Shown here piece after piece: positions 30,784-42,791 of a stretch of 42,791 nt of DNA. The notes beneath the pieces are model-generated. The model did not search any database. It was not told where the DNA came from and saw only the letters and a program-made list of their open reading frames with translations. Source of the DNA: Octopus bimaculoides (lineage: Eukaryota). The stretch is from contig NC_068985.1 in NCBI RefSeq assembly GCF_001194135.2, positions 36,643,239 to 36,686,029 on the forward strand. The letters are read 5' to 3'. The translations under genes were made by a program, and so were the position numbers. Each line of letters starts with the position of its first letter. Position 1 is the stretch's first letter.

Positions 30784-31896
30784 GCAAAAGCAGAATCTGC
30801 AACTATCATCATCAGTACGGCTGTAAAAGAGTAAATTAAAAGTGAAATAAAAATCTAATCGCAAATATAAAGAATACTGTTGGAACTGAGCTAAAAAAAG
30901 GTAATAAAATAACATAAAATAAATGAAATTATATTATATAACCAGTAAGCTGTAGTGTCACCAAGTAATTAAGAATAAACTTGGAAAAGATTAATAAAAG
31001 TTCCCAAATAGCAGAACATCATTGAAAATTAAAAGTCGTCTCTTAATCTGGACGACCGGTCGTATTTTTAACAAATCAAACGCAACCAGCAATCTTTTCC
31101 AATGAAGGTAATAAAAGTAGAGCGTTGTGATTTCATATATCCTGAAGTGAAGATATGTCATTAGGGAGAAGCGCTCATAAAAAAAAAAATCAATGAAGAA
31201 AATAAATAAAGCGAATATGAGATAGGGCAGGAAAATTGAAGGAGAAGAGCTAAAGAATAATTGGATCAGAAGTTGCACTACGCAGCTTTTTATTTTACTT
31301 GCCCATTTTTGGCGCCAGTAATTGGCCGTAAACCTCAAAGATTATCGTCTTCTTTATCGTCTGCTTCATCTGACGCTGCTTTCGGTGCTGTGTCAGCAGA
31401 TAATTGAGAAACCTTATTAACTTCCCGTATAATCACTTTCATCATAGCCTGTTTTTGAGACTGACTTTAACGAAGCTTAAGTTAGAAAACGCAAAAAGCC
31501 ATGTAGTTTTGACATCGTGTGCAGGTTCAAATGTATGCACTTTATATTTGCTGATATATTTAATCCCCACGAAATTCTACAATATTATTTGGTTTATTAT
31601 TTTTTGCTATCAGAAACAAATATTCTATATATCAAGGGAAAAGAAACAGAGTTTGACATTCTATTTGTTAGAGGAAGAGAAATAATGACTTTCTGAAAGG
31701 ATCAATAGCGTTAGTATAAATTGTAATTGTGTCAAGAGAGGATTGAAGCTATCTGTTATCGGAATAGTGAGACTTTTACTTATTGGACAATCCAAATCAC
31801 TTAGTCATTTACAGTGGTATCTGATTTTCATGTTGAGGTTAAAATTGTGTTTACCCAAAAAACATTCCCGAAAGTTCATCCTGCATTTCCCATTCT

Positions 31897-31938
<42 letters not shown>

Positions 31939-31967
31939 AAAATAATACTACTAATAATAATAATCAT

Positions 31968-32183
31968 AATCCTTTTTACTATTGGCTCAAAGCGTGAAAT
32001 TTTCGGCAAGGGGGCCAGTCGAATACATCAACCCGCATTGCCCAACGAGTACTTATTTTATCGACCCCGAAAGGATGAAAGGCAAAGCCGACCTCGGCGG
32101 AATTTCAACTCAGAACGTAAAGCCAGAAGAAATGCCGCTAAGCATTTTGTCCGGTGTGCTAACGATTCTGTCAGTTCACCGCC

Positions 32184-32185
<2 letters not shown>
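31968..32185 (-). mobile_element. tRNA-derived SINE S1, near full length and little diverged
   Basis: TTTATCGACCCCGAAAGGATGAAAGGCAAAGCCGACCTCGGCGGAATTTCAACTCAGAACGTAAAG..CTAACGATTCTGTCAGTTCACCGCCTT. Confidence 0.9.
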
Positions 32186-32266
<81 letters not shown>

Positions 32267-32698
32267 NNNNNNNNNNNNNNNNNNNNNNNNNNNNNNNNNN
32301 NNNNNNNNNNNNNNNNNNNNNNNNNNNNNNNNNNNNNNNNNNNNNNNNNNNNNNNNNNNNNNNNNNNNNNNNNNNNNNNNNNNNNNNNNNNNNNNNNNNN
32401 NNNNNNNNNNNNNNNNNNNNNNNNNNNNNNNNNNNNNNNNNNNNNNNNNNNNNNNNNNNNNNNNNNNNNNNNNNNNNNNNNNNNNNNNTTCTTTCTTTCT
32501 GCTTATTAAAAAACTGACAAAAACTGATGGTCATTTTATCAACGTATGGACGCTGGTTACTCTCGTTCATAGTTTATGTTTGGTTTCTGAAATTTTGAAT
32601 TTTCAATCACCTTTTGGTTTGAACTTGAGAAAGACAGACGTTCTGTCGCAATATTGTTCAAAAAATAAAATATCTAAAATCGCACTCTACGTCTTGAC

Positions 32699-32734
<36 letters not shown>

Positions 32735-33160
32735 GAGGAAATGGAGGAAGAGGACTGATAATTGTGGAAGACAGCTAGTGACAGTTATGAATGCGGGAGT
32801 ATTGGGAGAAGAGAAAAAAGGAAAACAAAGGAAGAAGTACAAAAAAGGACATGAAGAAGAATTATGCAAGAAGGAACTACACAATCAATTCCATGTAGTC
32901 ACAACAGAAGTTGCTGGAAAAAATAGGTGGGATTGGCTGATGAAAAGAATCCCCCAAAAAGTGACCGAGAGCACTATACTGACAGTTCAGGACCAAGCTC
33001 TGACTACGAACTGGAGGGTCAACCCGAGGAATGAGCAAGTGTCTCCGCTGTTCCGCGTCTGCAACGGAGTGGATGAAACCATTGCTCATATCACGAACGA
33101 ATACCCTAAACTTGCCCAAACCATTGAAAAGAGAAGATAGTGCCAATTATTGTTGGATCC
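32735..33160 (+). mobile_element. R4/Dong-clade non-LTR retrotransposon C-terminal relic
   Basis: RGNGGRGLIIVED; WDWLMK..TESTILTVQDQALTTNW..SPLFRVCNGVDETIAHITNEYPKLAQ (decayed CxxC..HxxxxC knuckle); VPIIVG. It starts directly after (TAA)12. Confidence 0.78.
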
Positions 33161-33172
33161 TTTCTCTCTCTT

Positions 33173-33218
<46 letters not shown>

Positions 33219-33219
<1 letters not shown>

Positions 33220-33425
33220 GAGGGGTTGCTGAAAAGTTCATGGCTTTGGGAAACAGAAAATATAGGAGGATCGGCTATTATGATTTTATTCTCCTCTCAG
33301 ATTCACACACTTATTGCAGCGGTCCTTCAGTTTTTCTAAGTCCTGTAAAAGAACTCAGGAGTTTGGCCATCCAGCCAGGCTTTTCGCGACACCCTTAGAG
33401 CAAGGAATTTTTCAGCACCCCCTCG
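33219..33425. mobile_element. Non-autonomous mariner MITE, 207 bp
   Basis: TIRs CGAGGGGTTGCTGAAAAGTTC and GAATTTTTCAGCACCCCCTCG, inserted in a (TA)n context. Confidence 0.88.
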
Positions 33426-34439
33426 TATATATATGCACACACGCATGTATATACATTAAATCTGGCTGAAGGTACATGTGTTCCAGCAATTTCGACAGTC
33501 GCCCGGATTACCTCGTCATGGGTTTGGGATATTCCCAATAGCAAGAGACAAATGTGAAAATAATAAATGAAATAAAAGAAAAGAAAAATGTAAAAATTCC
33601 TTCAATGAAATCAAATTTATTTTGGAATGTGTATACCTATATACACATGTGTGTGTAGGAATAGAAGGTGTGAGGAAGAGTGGTTGTTTGGGCTGGGCAT
33701 GAAACGATTCTTCAGGTTTTTAATAAGAATATCTGAATTAAAAGAGAAAGCGTCAGTTAAGTGTAATTTAAAAAATATTCCCAGTTATTGTAAACAATTT
33801 GATCGATTGTGATTTGAAGCAGCATCATGAGATATTATCAGTCGGTTCATTTTGTTATGAGGTCAAAGAAACAAGAAGCGGTACGTTTGAAGGTCAATCA
33901 TTTGGTCCACAATATGTCATAGTCAATAAATTCATAGGTTATCGAGTTATGACCCTATCTCACTAACAAAATGTTTGTGAGGAACCGTCATATTTTAGCA
34001 TTTCCTTTTCTGCTTTTGTTTTTGTGGGTCACAGTAGAAGTTAGAATGTGGGCCGTTTGGTCATTTATCAGAGCTGAGGACCAGGAATCGCATAGATTTG
34101 GCAGCACAATCTGCTGAAACGTAAGTTAATTATAGTTCAGGAACTCTATAGCTTAAGTAGTATGACCTCCTAAAATGTAGATTAATTTACAATAACTTTT
34201 CATGAAGTGTGTTTATCAGGATGTTCTTTATTATTTTACAATAATCAGATATAAGATATACAGTCACCGATGGAATAAATGCATTTTAACTGTTGAGTTT
34301 TGTAATCTAATATTGTCAGTAATGAAAACTTGTCATTTCATTATGAACGGGTCGTATTCTATTAATAAGCAGTAAAATCTCTTAAAATATGTAAGTAAAA
34401 ATAATTTCTTTGTGGCAATGATATATAAGAAAAATAACA

Positions 34440-35130
34440 ACGATGAACATTTTCTTAAAGACAACTTTTTTGTTCAGAGATTATCAGTAAAATGCAATGT
34501 TTTTATTTTAAAGCTTTTGGCTTCTGAAATAAGTAATTTTAAGGAAAACTTGGAATTAATGATTAGAAGCATGCTTGTGGATATTCGCAGTCACCTGAAA
34601 ATTCTGGGCATCATATGGAATGTCTTAAGAATTAGTTTGAGACGTCAATTTGATTGCAGGCTAATAAAACTATTGACAAGGAGGTGCAGTCACTTGTCGA
34701 AAAAGAACGAGAGTGATGTAAAGTTTTGAAATGTTTATTGAGCATCACACTATATTTAAATGAATAAAATTTGGCTTTGTGAAGAACTTCAGACACATTA
34801 TTTGCACCACACAATGGGCATTTTTTAGATCTTGTTGAACTACTTGTAAAATTTGATTTGACAATCGACGAACATTTACATCGAGTAGTATCTAAAGAAA
34901 GTAACATTCAGTGTTGAACAAAAAAATGTTTGAATTAAATAATCAATTTGTTGGAAAATGCTATCGAGGAAACTGTATTGAACAGACTTAAAGAAGCCGA
35001 ATACTTCAACCTTATCTTAGACTGTACACCAAATAGAAGTCAAGTGGAGTAGCTTTTAGTTACAATACGACTTTAAGATGGAAGCATTTTGAGTAAAGGA
35101 AATTTTTTGTTAGCTATAAACCAATTATAT
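34440..35130 (+). mobile_element. hAT transposase relic (ZMYM1-like type)
   Basis: NKTIDKEVQSLVEKERE..VLK..ITLYL..NLAL..SDTLFAPHNGHFLDLVELLVKFD..DEHL..RLKEAEYFNLILDCTPNRSQVE, with multiple stops. Confidence 0.85.
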
Positions 35131-35199
35131 ATTACCAGCAAACGATTATATGAAATTATACTTGATTTTTCTAAGAGTGAGTGAGAGAGAAAATAAGAG

Positions 35200-35360
<161 letters not shown>

Positions 35361-37584
35361 CCAAACTAAACTTATATAACTACAGAGGCCAAGTTAAGAT
35401 AGTGCTAACTCAAATATAAAAGAGGAAATAATGAAAAGATTCAGGCAAGGACCATGAAGGAAAATCCACGATTGTTTTGTAAGCCATAAGGAAGTTATAG
35501 CCTGAAATCGGTGATTCATAAAAGACTTGGATTCCTATAATTTCATATTTAATCGCTTTGATACATTCTAATCTATACTTCCAGATAATTTTGCATAAAT
35601 GTTTTGCAATAAGGTCTTTAAAATATTTTTTCAGTACCTACAAGGACTTAGAAGTGACATAACACTAGACACACAAAAAAAGAGAAGTTGGTTCTTGGTA
35701 ACTTGTTGCAATCGTCGGCTTTTGATTATGTAGTTTGAAGCAGTGACATAAAGTAGATAGGAGAATTTCCCAGTGATGATATACATCTGGTTTGAATAAT
35801 TAGGCAGAGTAAATGCTGTCAGCAAAACTATGTAAAGTGTCTATGTGAAACGGTCTATCATAATTTCATTAATGAATAATATAATTAATTATCTAATCAA
35901 ATATCGTGCAAATGGATAAGAGCACCAGCGTAAGCAAAAAAAAATCTTCAACATAACCCATTTTTAAAAATAACAGAATAAAGAATACTCCCATCTCAAA
36001 AAACAGTTTTATTAGGTTCCATATACAGATAATCGAGAGAGAAGATTACAAAATCATATGATTAATGTTATACTTGACACAGCTATAATTCTTTATCAGA
36101 GTAATACGAACAGTTACCAAGTTCCAATAGATACATGAGTATTTTTAAATAATAAAAGATTTCTCAGATAAAAATAAAGTGAGATTAGCATGTCTTGTTT
36201 CGAAAGATAAATCAAAGTGTATATATATATATATATNNNNNNNNNNNNNNNNNNNNNNNNNNNNNNNNNNNNNNNNNNNNNNNNNNNNNNNNNNNNNNNN
36301 NNNNNNNNNNNNNNNNNNNNNNNNNNNNNNNNNNNNNNNNNNNNNNNNNNNNNNNNNNNNNNNNNNNNNNNNNNNNNNNNNNNNNNNNNNNNNNNNNNNN
36401 NNNNNNNNNNNNNNNNNNNNNNNNNNNNNNNNNNNNNNNNNNNNNNNNNNNNNNNNNNNNNNNNNNNNNNNNNNNNNNNNNNNNNNNNNNNNNNNNNNNN
36501 NNNNNNNNNNNNNNNNNNNNNNNNNNNNNNNNNNNNNNNNNNNNNNNNNNNNNNNNNNNNNNNNNNNNNNNNNNNNNNNNNNNNNNNNNNNNNNNNNNNN
36601 NNNNNNNNNNNNNNNNNNNNNNNNNNNNNNNNNNNNNNNNNNNNNNNNNNNNNNNNNNNNNNNNNNNNNNNNNNNNNNNNNNNNNNNNNNNNNNNNNNNT
36701 TGTCTCCCTTTCTCTCTGCCTCACTCTCTCTTGTTATAAGAATGTAAGGATCTGGCATTGATATCGTGTTTGAACTGTTCTCTTTAGCTTGTATATTGTT
36801 ATAAACGCTTTATGTCTACATTTGCAACTTTTTCTTCCCTGCGAAAAAAAAAAAAAAATCATACTTGAAAGCGCTCCGAAAGCAAACCTGGGGCCACTCC
36901 TAATATACATAACAGGCTATATACATGCATAGTCTTTTGGTTATTTATCTACATTAGACACTAGGTTTCTAAATATACATTAGATACACGTATGTTTGAT
37001 GAACATATCACGTTCGTTTATATAGCGTTCACAACTGTTAAAGTATTGAAAAATTTTATTTAAGAATATGAAACTTCGCCAGTTCATAGCAGTTATTAAC
37101 AAACTACAATTCAGTTTGTTTATTTAAATTTTTCTGCATTGAATCTAATATTTTCAGCAAGTCACATCACATTTAGGTTTTGCTCTGCACAGGCGCAGAA
37201 ACATATGCATTTAATCAGTTTTCTATCCAAAATTATATATTTTTAAACAAATATCTTCGTAGATTTTATTGATAAAAATATATTGATATAAACAAATATA
37301 GAATTATATAAATGTACTCTGTTTTTTTTTCAGAGACCGAGAAATTAAAATGGCTTCGAACGCAATAAATAAAATATTTTCTGGATCCTTCTACAATTTC
37401 ACAAAATAAACAAAAACACCATATTATTAGATGACGTTTAAGTTGTTTCTTTGAAGTGGAAAGAAGGAAAAATTTCAATTATGTCTAGCTAAAAAGTATA
37501 ATAACAAAATTTCTATTATTAGTTGTTTTTATTTTCTTTTTGCAAAGAACTGCAAATATTATAAACAATGAGAAATTTAACATT

Positions 37585-38110
37585 GACACAAGGACACAAC
37601 TCCCAGAGGAAGGCTGTAGTCAATTAAATTGATCCCAGTAATTAACTGGTACTAGTCTTCTTCACCCCAGAAGAATAAAATAAAAAACCCTCCAAAACGG
37701 GGATTTAAATTCAGAGCTAATCTGAAGAAATAAAATACCGAAACATATTTTAAGACGCCTTTATGGACCACTAAGACAACATCCGTACAGTCGCTCGACC
37801 TACTACAAATAGCAGCCAAATCTTCAAAAAAATAAAGCGGATGATCCCGCCTAGAATGTTTTTGATCATAAGTCTGCTCAAATGGAGCTGATTCAGGGCT
37901 ACACAGCAACTCAGATCACAGAATTTTAGGGAAGGGGTACTGTCAATTAAATCGACTCCAGCACTTGATTAGTAGTTATTTTCATTGATCCTTGCAGAAA
38001 AAAAGGTAATCCAAGCAGGATTAGATATGAATTCAGAATTTAAGAGGTTGTAACCAAATGTTGCTTGGAATTTTGATTGGCATTCAACCAATCGTTTCCG
38101 TCAGCGGTCC
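37585..38110. repeat. Cluster of old SINE fragments (S1 at ~37585-37760 and ~37925-38110, minus strand; S4 at ~37790-37910)
   Basis: Diverged matches to motifs seen in better-preserved copies in this window. Confidence 0.5.
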
Positions 38111-38494
38111 TCCTTTTTTTGATTTGCTGTTAAGACAGAGAAGAAAGGGCAACGCCATGACCCCTTAAATATTTTTAGGGTTTCCATGATTGAGAGGAAT
38201 CACTTATCAGTGATCTTGAAGCTGGTGACATTGTTCAAATGCTTGGAATCAGTTTTGTATAATTTTATTGTTCCGCATACATATTGTATTAACAAAGTGT
38301 TTTGTAGCTACTCACTTTCTTTGTCTCTCTTAAAAAAGAAAAAAAGAAAAGGACAAGGACCTTGCAGAATATAGTCTTAGATTTTTTATATATGAATTAA
38401 GACGCAACGGCCACAGCAGGAGTCTATTTTCTTTGATTACAAGTTAGGTCGATCAAGGCTGCTCTGGGAAATTCCCCATACCCTCAATCTTTAT

Positions 38495-38716
38495 CAAAAT
38501 ATTGGTTTCAAATTTTGGCACAAAGTCAGCAATTTCGAGGAAGGGGTTAAGTCGATTCCATGGACCACAGTGATCAACTGGTATTTATTTTATCGACCCC
38601 GAAAGGATGAAAAGCAAAGTAGACCTCGGCGGAATTCGAACTCAGAACGTAAAGACAGATGAAATGCTGCTAAGCATTTTGCCCGATGTATTAACGATCC
38701 TGCCAGCTCGTCGCCG
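38495..38716 (-). mobile_element. tRNA-derived SINE S1, near full length
   Basis: TTTATCGACCCCGAAAGGATGAAAAGCAAAGTAGACCTCGGCGGAATTCGAACTCAGAACGTAAAGAC..CTGCCAGCTCGTCGCC. Confidence 0.9.
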
Positions 38717-38744
38717 TCATCTTTAGTAGAATATTCTGGGCTAA

Positions 38745-39280
38745 TTATTAGAGCATCGGACAAAATGGCTTGCAGTATTCCGTTGCAGCTGCACCATTCT
38801 ATGTTTCGAGTTAAAATCTCACGGAAATTGACTTTGCTTTTCATCATCCTGGAGTTAAAATAATTACCAGTGGAGAAATAGTTGATGAAACCAAAAACAT
38901 TACCACCGAAATTTGTTGACATTCGCTTACATTAAAAATTATAATATTCAATGGAAATACTCTGTACAAAGGTCATGTTTCCAAAAGTGTTTGCTCTACT
39001 AAATACATTTATGAAAAGCCCCTAACTTAAGCTCCTCTCTTGTGTAATGTAATTATAATAGAAGGGCGTTGAGAGGCGAAATCGTTAGAGCGTTGGACAA
39101 AATACTTTGGGGGATATATCTGACATTGTGAATTCAAATCTCACTGGGATACAAATAGCTTTTCATTCTTCAAGTGCTGGATGAAATAATGTAAAAATCA
39201 AGAACTAGGGTCGATTAAATCGACATATCCATCCAAGAAACTACGTGGCCCAGTTCCAATATTACAAAAATCACAATAGC
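38745..39280 (+). mobile_element. Two diverged S1-related SINE copies (~38745-38890 and ~39062-39280)
   Basis: TTAGAGC.T.GGACAAAAT, GAGTT.AAATCTCAC, GACTTTGCTTTTCATC and GGGTCGATTAAATCGAC motifs. Confidence 0.6.
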
Positions 39281-39295
39281 GCTTGAGCGGTTTTA

Positions 39296-39366
<71 letters not shown>

Positions 39367-39504
39367 TGTTGTTTCAAGGGCAACAGATTGTCAGAATCAG
39401 TAGAGCATCGGACCGAATTATATATTTCACACATATATTTCATACATATCTACTTACCTACTTGAGCAACATGTATGTATGTATGTTTGTATGTATGTAT
39501 ATAT

Positions 39505-39547
<43 letters not shown>

Positions 39548-39742
39548 CACACACACACACACACNNNNNNNNNNTTACCATAACGCACACACACATACAT
39601 ACATACATACATACATACATACATACATACATACATACATGTATTCATATACGTTCAAGTGCACGCGTGCAAACACACAAAGATACACACATACGCTCAC
39701 ACACACAGAGCCACACACACACATACACACACACACACACAC

Positions 39743-39782
<40 letters not shown>
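39296..39782. repeat. Compound (CA)n/(TACA)n/(TATG)n microsatellites
   Basis: Direct reading. Confidence 0.92.
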
Positions 39783-39935
39783 GTACCACGTTCGCGCTGA
39801 TGCGGACGCACATGTGTATAGAATCATAGACAGCTACATACAGAGACATGCAGCGGTTGGCATATGCAATGCACGTGATATTGACAGCCGTCTCCTAAAT
39901 AATTCCAGGGCTCAGATTCGATCAGTTATTACCAT

Positions 39936-39978
<43 letters not shown>

Positions 39979-39990
39979 TGTATTTATTTA
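39936..39990. repeat. (TTTA)n microsatellite
   Basis: Direct reading. Confidence 0.95.
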
Positions 39991-40029
39991 TTCCATTTCT
40001 ATTGTACATTTAACCATTCCATCAGTGAG

Positions 40030-40053
40030 AAGCGCAAGGAAAAGAGGGAGAGG

Positions 40054-40086
<33 letters not shown>

Positions 40087-40622
40087 TGAGAGGAGAGAAG
40101 GAAAGAGAGAGAGAGAGAAANNNNNNNNNNNNNNNNNNNNNNNNNNNNNNNNNNNNNNNNNNNNNNNNNNNNNNNNNNNNNNNNNNNNNNNNNNNNNNNN
40201 NNNNNNNNNNNNNNNNNNNNNNNNNNNNNNNNNNNNNNNNNNNNNNNNNNNNNNNNNNNNNNNNNNNNNNNNNNNNNNNNNNNNNNNNNNNNNNNNNNNN
40301 NNNNNNNNNNNNNNNNNNNNNNNNNNNNNNNNNNNNNNNNNNNNNNNNNNNNNNNNNNNNNNNNNNNNNNNNNNNNNNNNNNNNNNNNNNNNNNNNNNNN
40401 NNNNNNNNNNNNNNNNNNNNNNNNNNNNNNNNNNNNNNNNNNNNNNNNNNNNNNNNNNNNNNNNNNNNNNNNNNNNNNNNNNNNNNNNNNNNNNNNNNNN
40501 NNNNNNNNNNNNNNNNNNNNNNNNNNNNNNNNNNNNNNNNNNNNNNNNNNNNNNNNNNNNNNNNNNNNNNNNNNNNNNNNNNNNNNNNNNNNNNNNNNNN
40601 NNNNNNNNNNNNNNNNNNNNNN

Positions 40623-40692
<70 letters not shown>

Positions 40693-41142
40693 TACACACG
40701 TGAAGAGAGTGAGAGAGAGCGAGCGAAAGAAGAAGAGTGAGTGAGTGTGTGTGAGGATGAGAGAGAGAGAGAGAGAGAGAACTTATGTGCTTCGAGAGCG
40801 GGTCCTACAATGGTTACATTTATATCCAAGGAAATGTTCCGCTTGCGGAGTTTGTATTTCGGCTGGCGTTGGCCCGTGAAATTAACAAGTCGGGATGATT
40901 GACCTGACTAGGTCAATAAGCATTGTCTTTCAAATTGCCAGGCTACTTGCTCAATAATCCTGGCTTTCGTTTGCCTGTCCCTATTGTATTCTCCTTATGA
41001 TGGGATACAATGCATTCAATAGGGTGGATAGATAGCTGTTACATGAAGGTGATGTAATAGAAGGAGAGAAAGAAAGAAATAAAGAAAGTGAGAGACTGGG
41101 GAGAAAAGAGAGGGAGAGTAAGAAGAGAAGAGGAAGAGAACT

Positions 41143-41201
<59 letters not shown>

Positions 41202-41414
41202 CGTGAAAGAGTGAGAAAAAGAAAGAAAATAAGAGAGAGAAAAGGAAATACGGAGAGTGTTTATTTGGAAGACGCAAGATTGAGAGGTTATTCAGGATAA
41301 AGAGAATGTGACAGAGACAGATAGATAGATAGAGATATAGATACAGAGAGAGATAGAGAGAGAAAGAGAGAGAGAGAGAGATAGATAGAGAGAGAGAGAG
41401 AGAGATATAGATAG

Positions 41415-41469
<55 letters not shown>

Positions 41470-41608
41470 TGAGAGAGAATGTGCGTGCAAAAGTGGGAGG
41501 AAATTGTATATTGAGGAGCACAGGCGAAATGAATAGATATATGCAAAACAGTGATACAGCTAGGTAGATAATTAACTAGGTAGATACATAGACAGGTGTA
41601 TGAACTCG

Positions 41609-41662
<54 letters not shown>

Positions 41663-42032
41663 TTCAAACACACAAGAATAGAGTTAAATGAACTGGGTGG
41701 TTATAAGAAATATTAGAATAGGTAGCTACATGCATANNNNNNNNNNNNNNNNNNNNNNNNNNNNNNNNNNNNNNNNNNNNNNNNNNNNNNNNNNNNNNNN
41801 NNNNNNNNNNNNNNNNNNNNNNNNNNNNNNNNNNNNNNNNNNNNNNNNNNNNNNNNNNNNNNNNNNNNNNNNNNNNNNNNNNNNNNNNNNNNNNNNNNNN
41901 NNNNNNNNNNNNNNNNNNNNNNNNNNNNNNNNNNNNNNNNNNNNNNNNNNNNNNNNNNNNNNNNNNNNNNNNNNNNNNNNNNNNNNNNNNNNNNNNNNNN
42001 NNNNNNNNNNNNNNNNNNNNNNNNNNNNNNNN

Positions 42033-42105
<73 letters not shown>

Positions 42106-42690
42106 TTATAGAAGCAGGAAGACGAGGAGAAATAGTGATAGGAGATACGTATAGATTTCTAAATACACTGATAGACAGATAAACAGCTTAATAGATTGAT
42201 GAATAGAAAGACAAAGAGATAGGAAATAAGATAGAAAAAATAGATTAATGCATAAATAGAAAGAAGATAAAAGTAGATAGATGGATAGATGGGTAAAGCG
42301 ATAAAAGATAGATAGAAAGATAGATTGATAGATAAATAGATACGAGATCAATGAATTGTTAGAGGATGAATAGAAAGATAGAAAGGTTAATCTTGCAAGC
42401 TAGATACTTAAATGATAAATAAATTAGGTAGAAAAATAGATAAATTGATAGAACGATAGATAGATATGTAGAGGCGGATAGACATAAATACTATGCGATA
42501 AACAAAGTTTTAGATACGTAGACTAAAAATGGATTGTTAGAGAGAATGATAAAGAAATAGTAGGGAAGAGAGAAGAGAGTAATGTTAGAGAGAAAAGAAA
42601 TGGAAAAGATTCAAGGAGACAGAGAGGAAGAGACAAAGAATGAGAAAGAAAAAAAAAAGAAAAAAGAAGGCAATCATGAGTAAAGTAGAG
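40030..42690 (+). repeat. Extended GA/GATA-rich low-complexity region with gaps, (CA)n blocks and a small unique island at ~40790-41050
   Basis: Direct reading. Confidence 0.85.
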
Positions 42691-42693
42691 AGA

Positions 42694-42791
42694 TAGGCGC
42701 AGGCGTGGCTGTGTGTTAAGAAGCTTGCTTCCCAGAATGGATTTTGTAAACGGAAACCAAAAGAAGCCCGTCATATATATATATATATATA
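42694..42791 (+). mobile_element. SINE S2 head with internal deletion, running to the window edge
   Basis: TAGGCGCAGGCGTGGCTGTGTGTTAAGAAGCTTGCTTCCC..GGATTTTGTAAACGGAAACCAAAAGAAGCCCGTC, then (TA)n. Confidence 0.8.

Noticed and set aside
34074-34123. CTGAGGA ... GAAACGTA hammerhead-like core on the plus strand
   Set aside because: There is no stem I complementarity, and GTAAGT is better explained as a splice-donor-like sequence or chance.

Overview
This is repeat-dominated eukaryotic DNA with many N gaps flanked by microsatellites. The SINE motifs and microsatellite load resemble Octopus (coleoid cephalopod) genomic DNA; that assignment is an inference from recalled repeat families. I recognise no intact host gene, so the window is probably intronic or intergenic, with only a few weak exon candidates. 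It holds decayed non-LTR retrotransposons (two RTE, one CR1-like, one R4/Dong-like), two Penelope-like relics, three mariner relics plus a mariner MITE, two hAT transposase relics, two hAT MITEs, about four SINE-like families and many simple repeats. The most striking feature is at 18.8-19.6 kb: two unrelated 226-bp and 290-bp non-coding inserts sit side by side inside a dead hAT transposase gene. Each carries a minus-strand type I hammerhead ribozyme motif at the tip of a rod-like hairpin, and each is flanked by an unusually long target duplication (40 bp, diverged; 62 bp, perfect). They look like retrozyme-like or Penelope-dependent elements. Second, a ~234-bp-arm, ~94% identical inverted repeat at 28.9-29.6 kb could form long dsRNA or a cruciform. 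All alignments and folds were done by eye.
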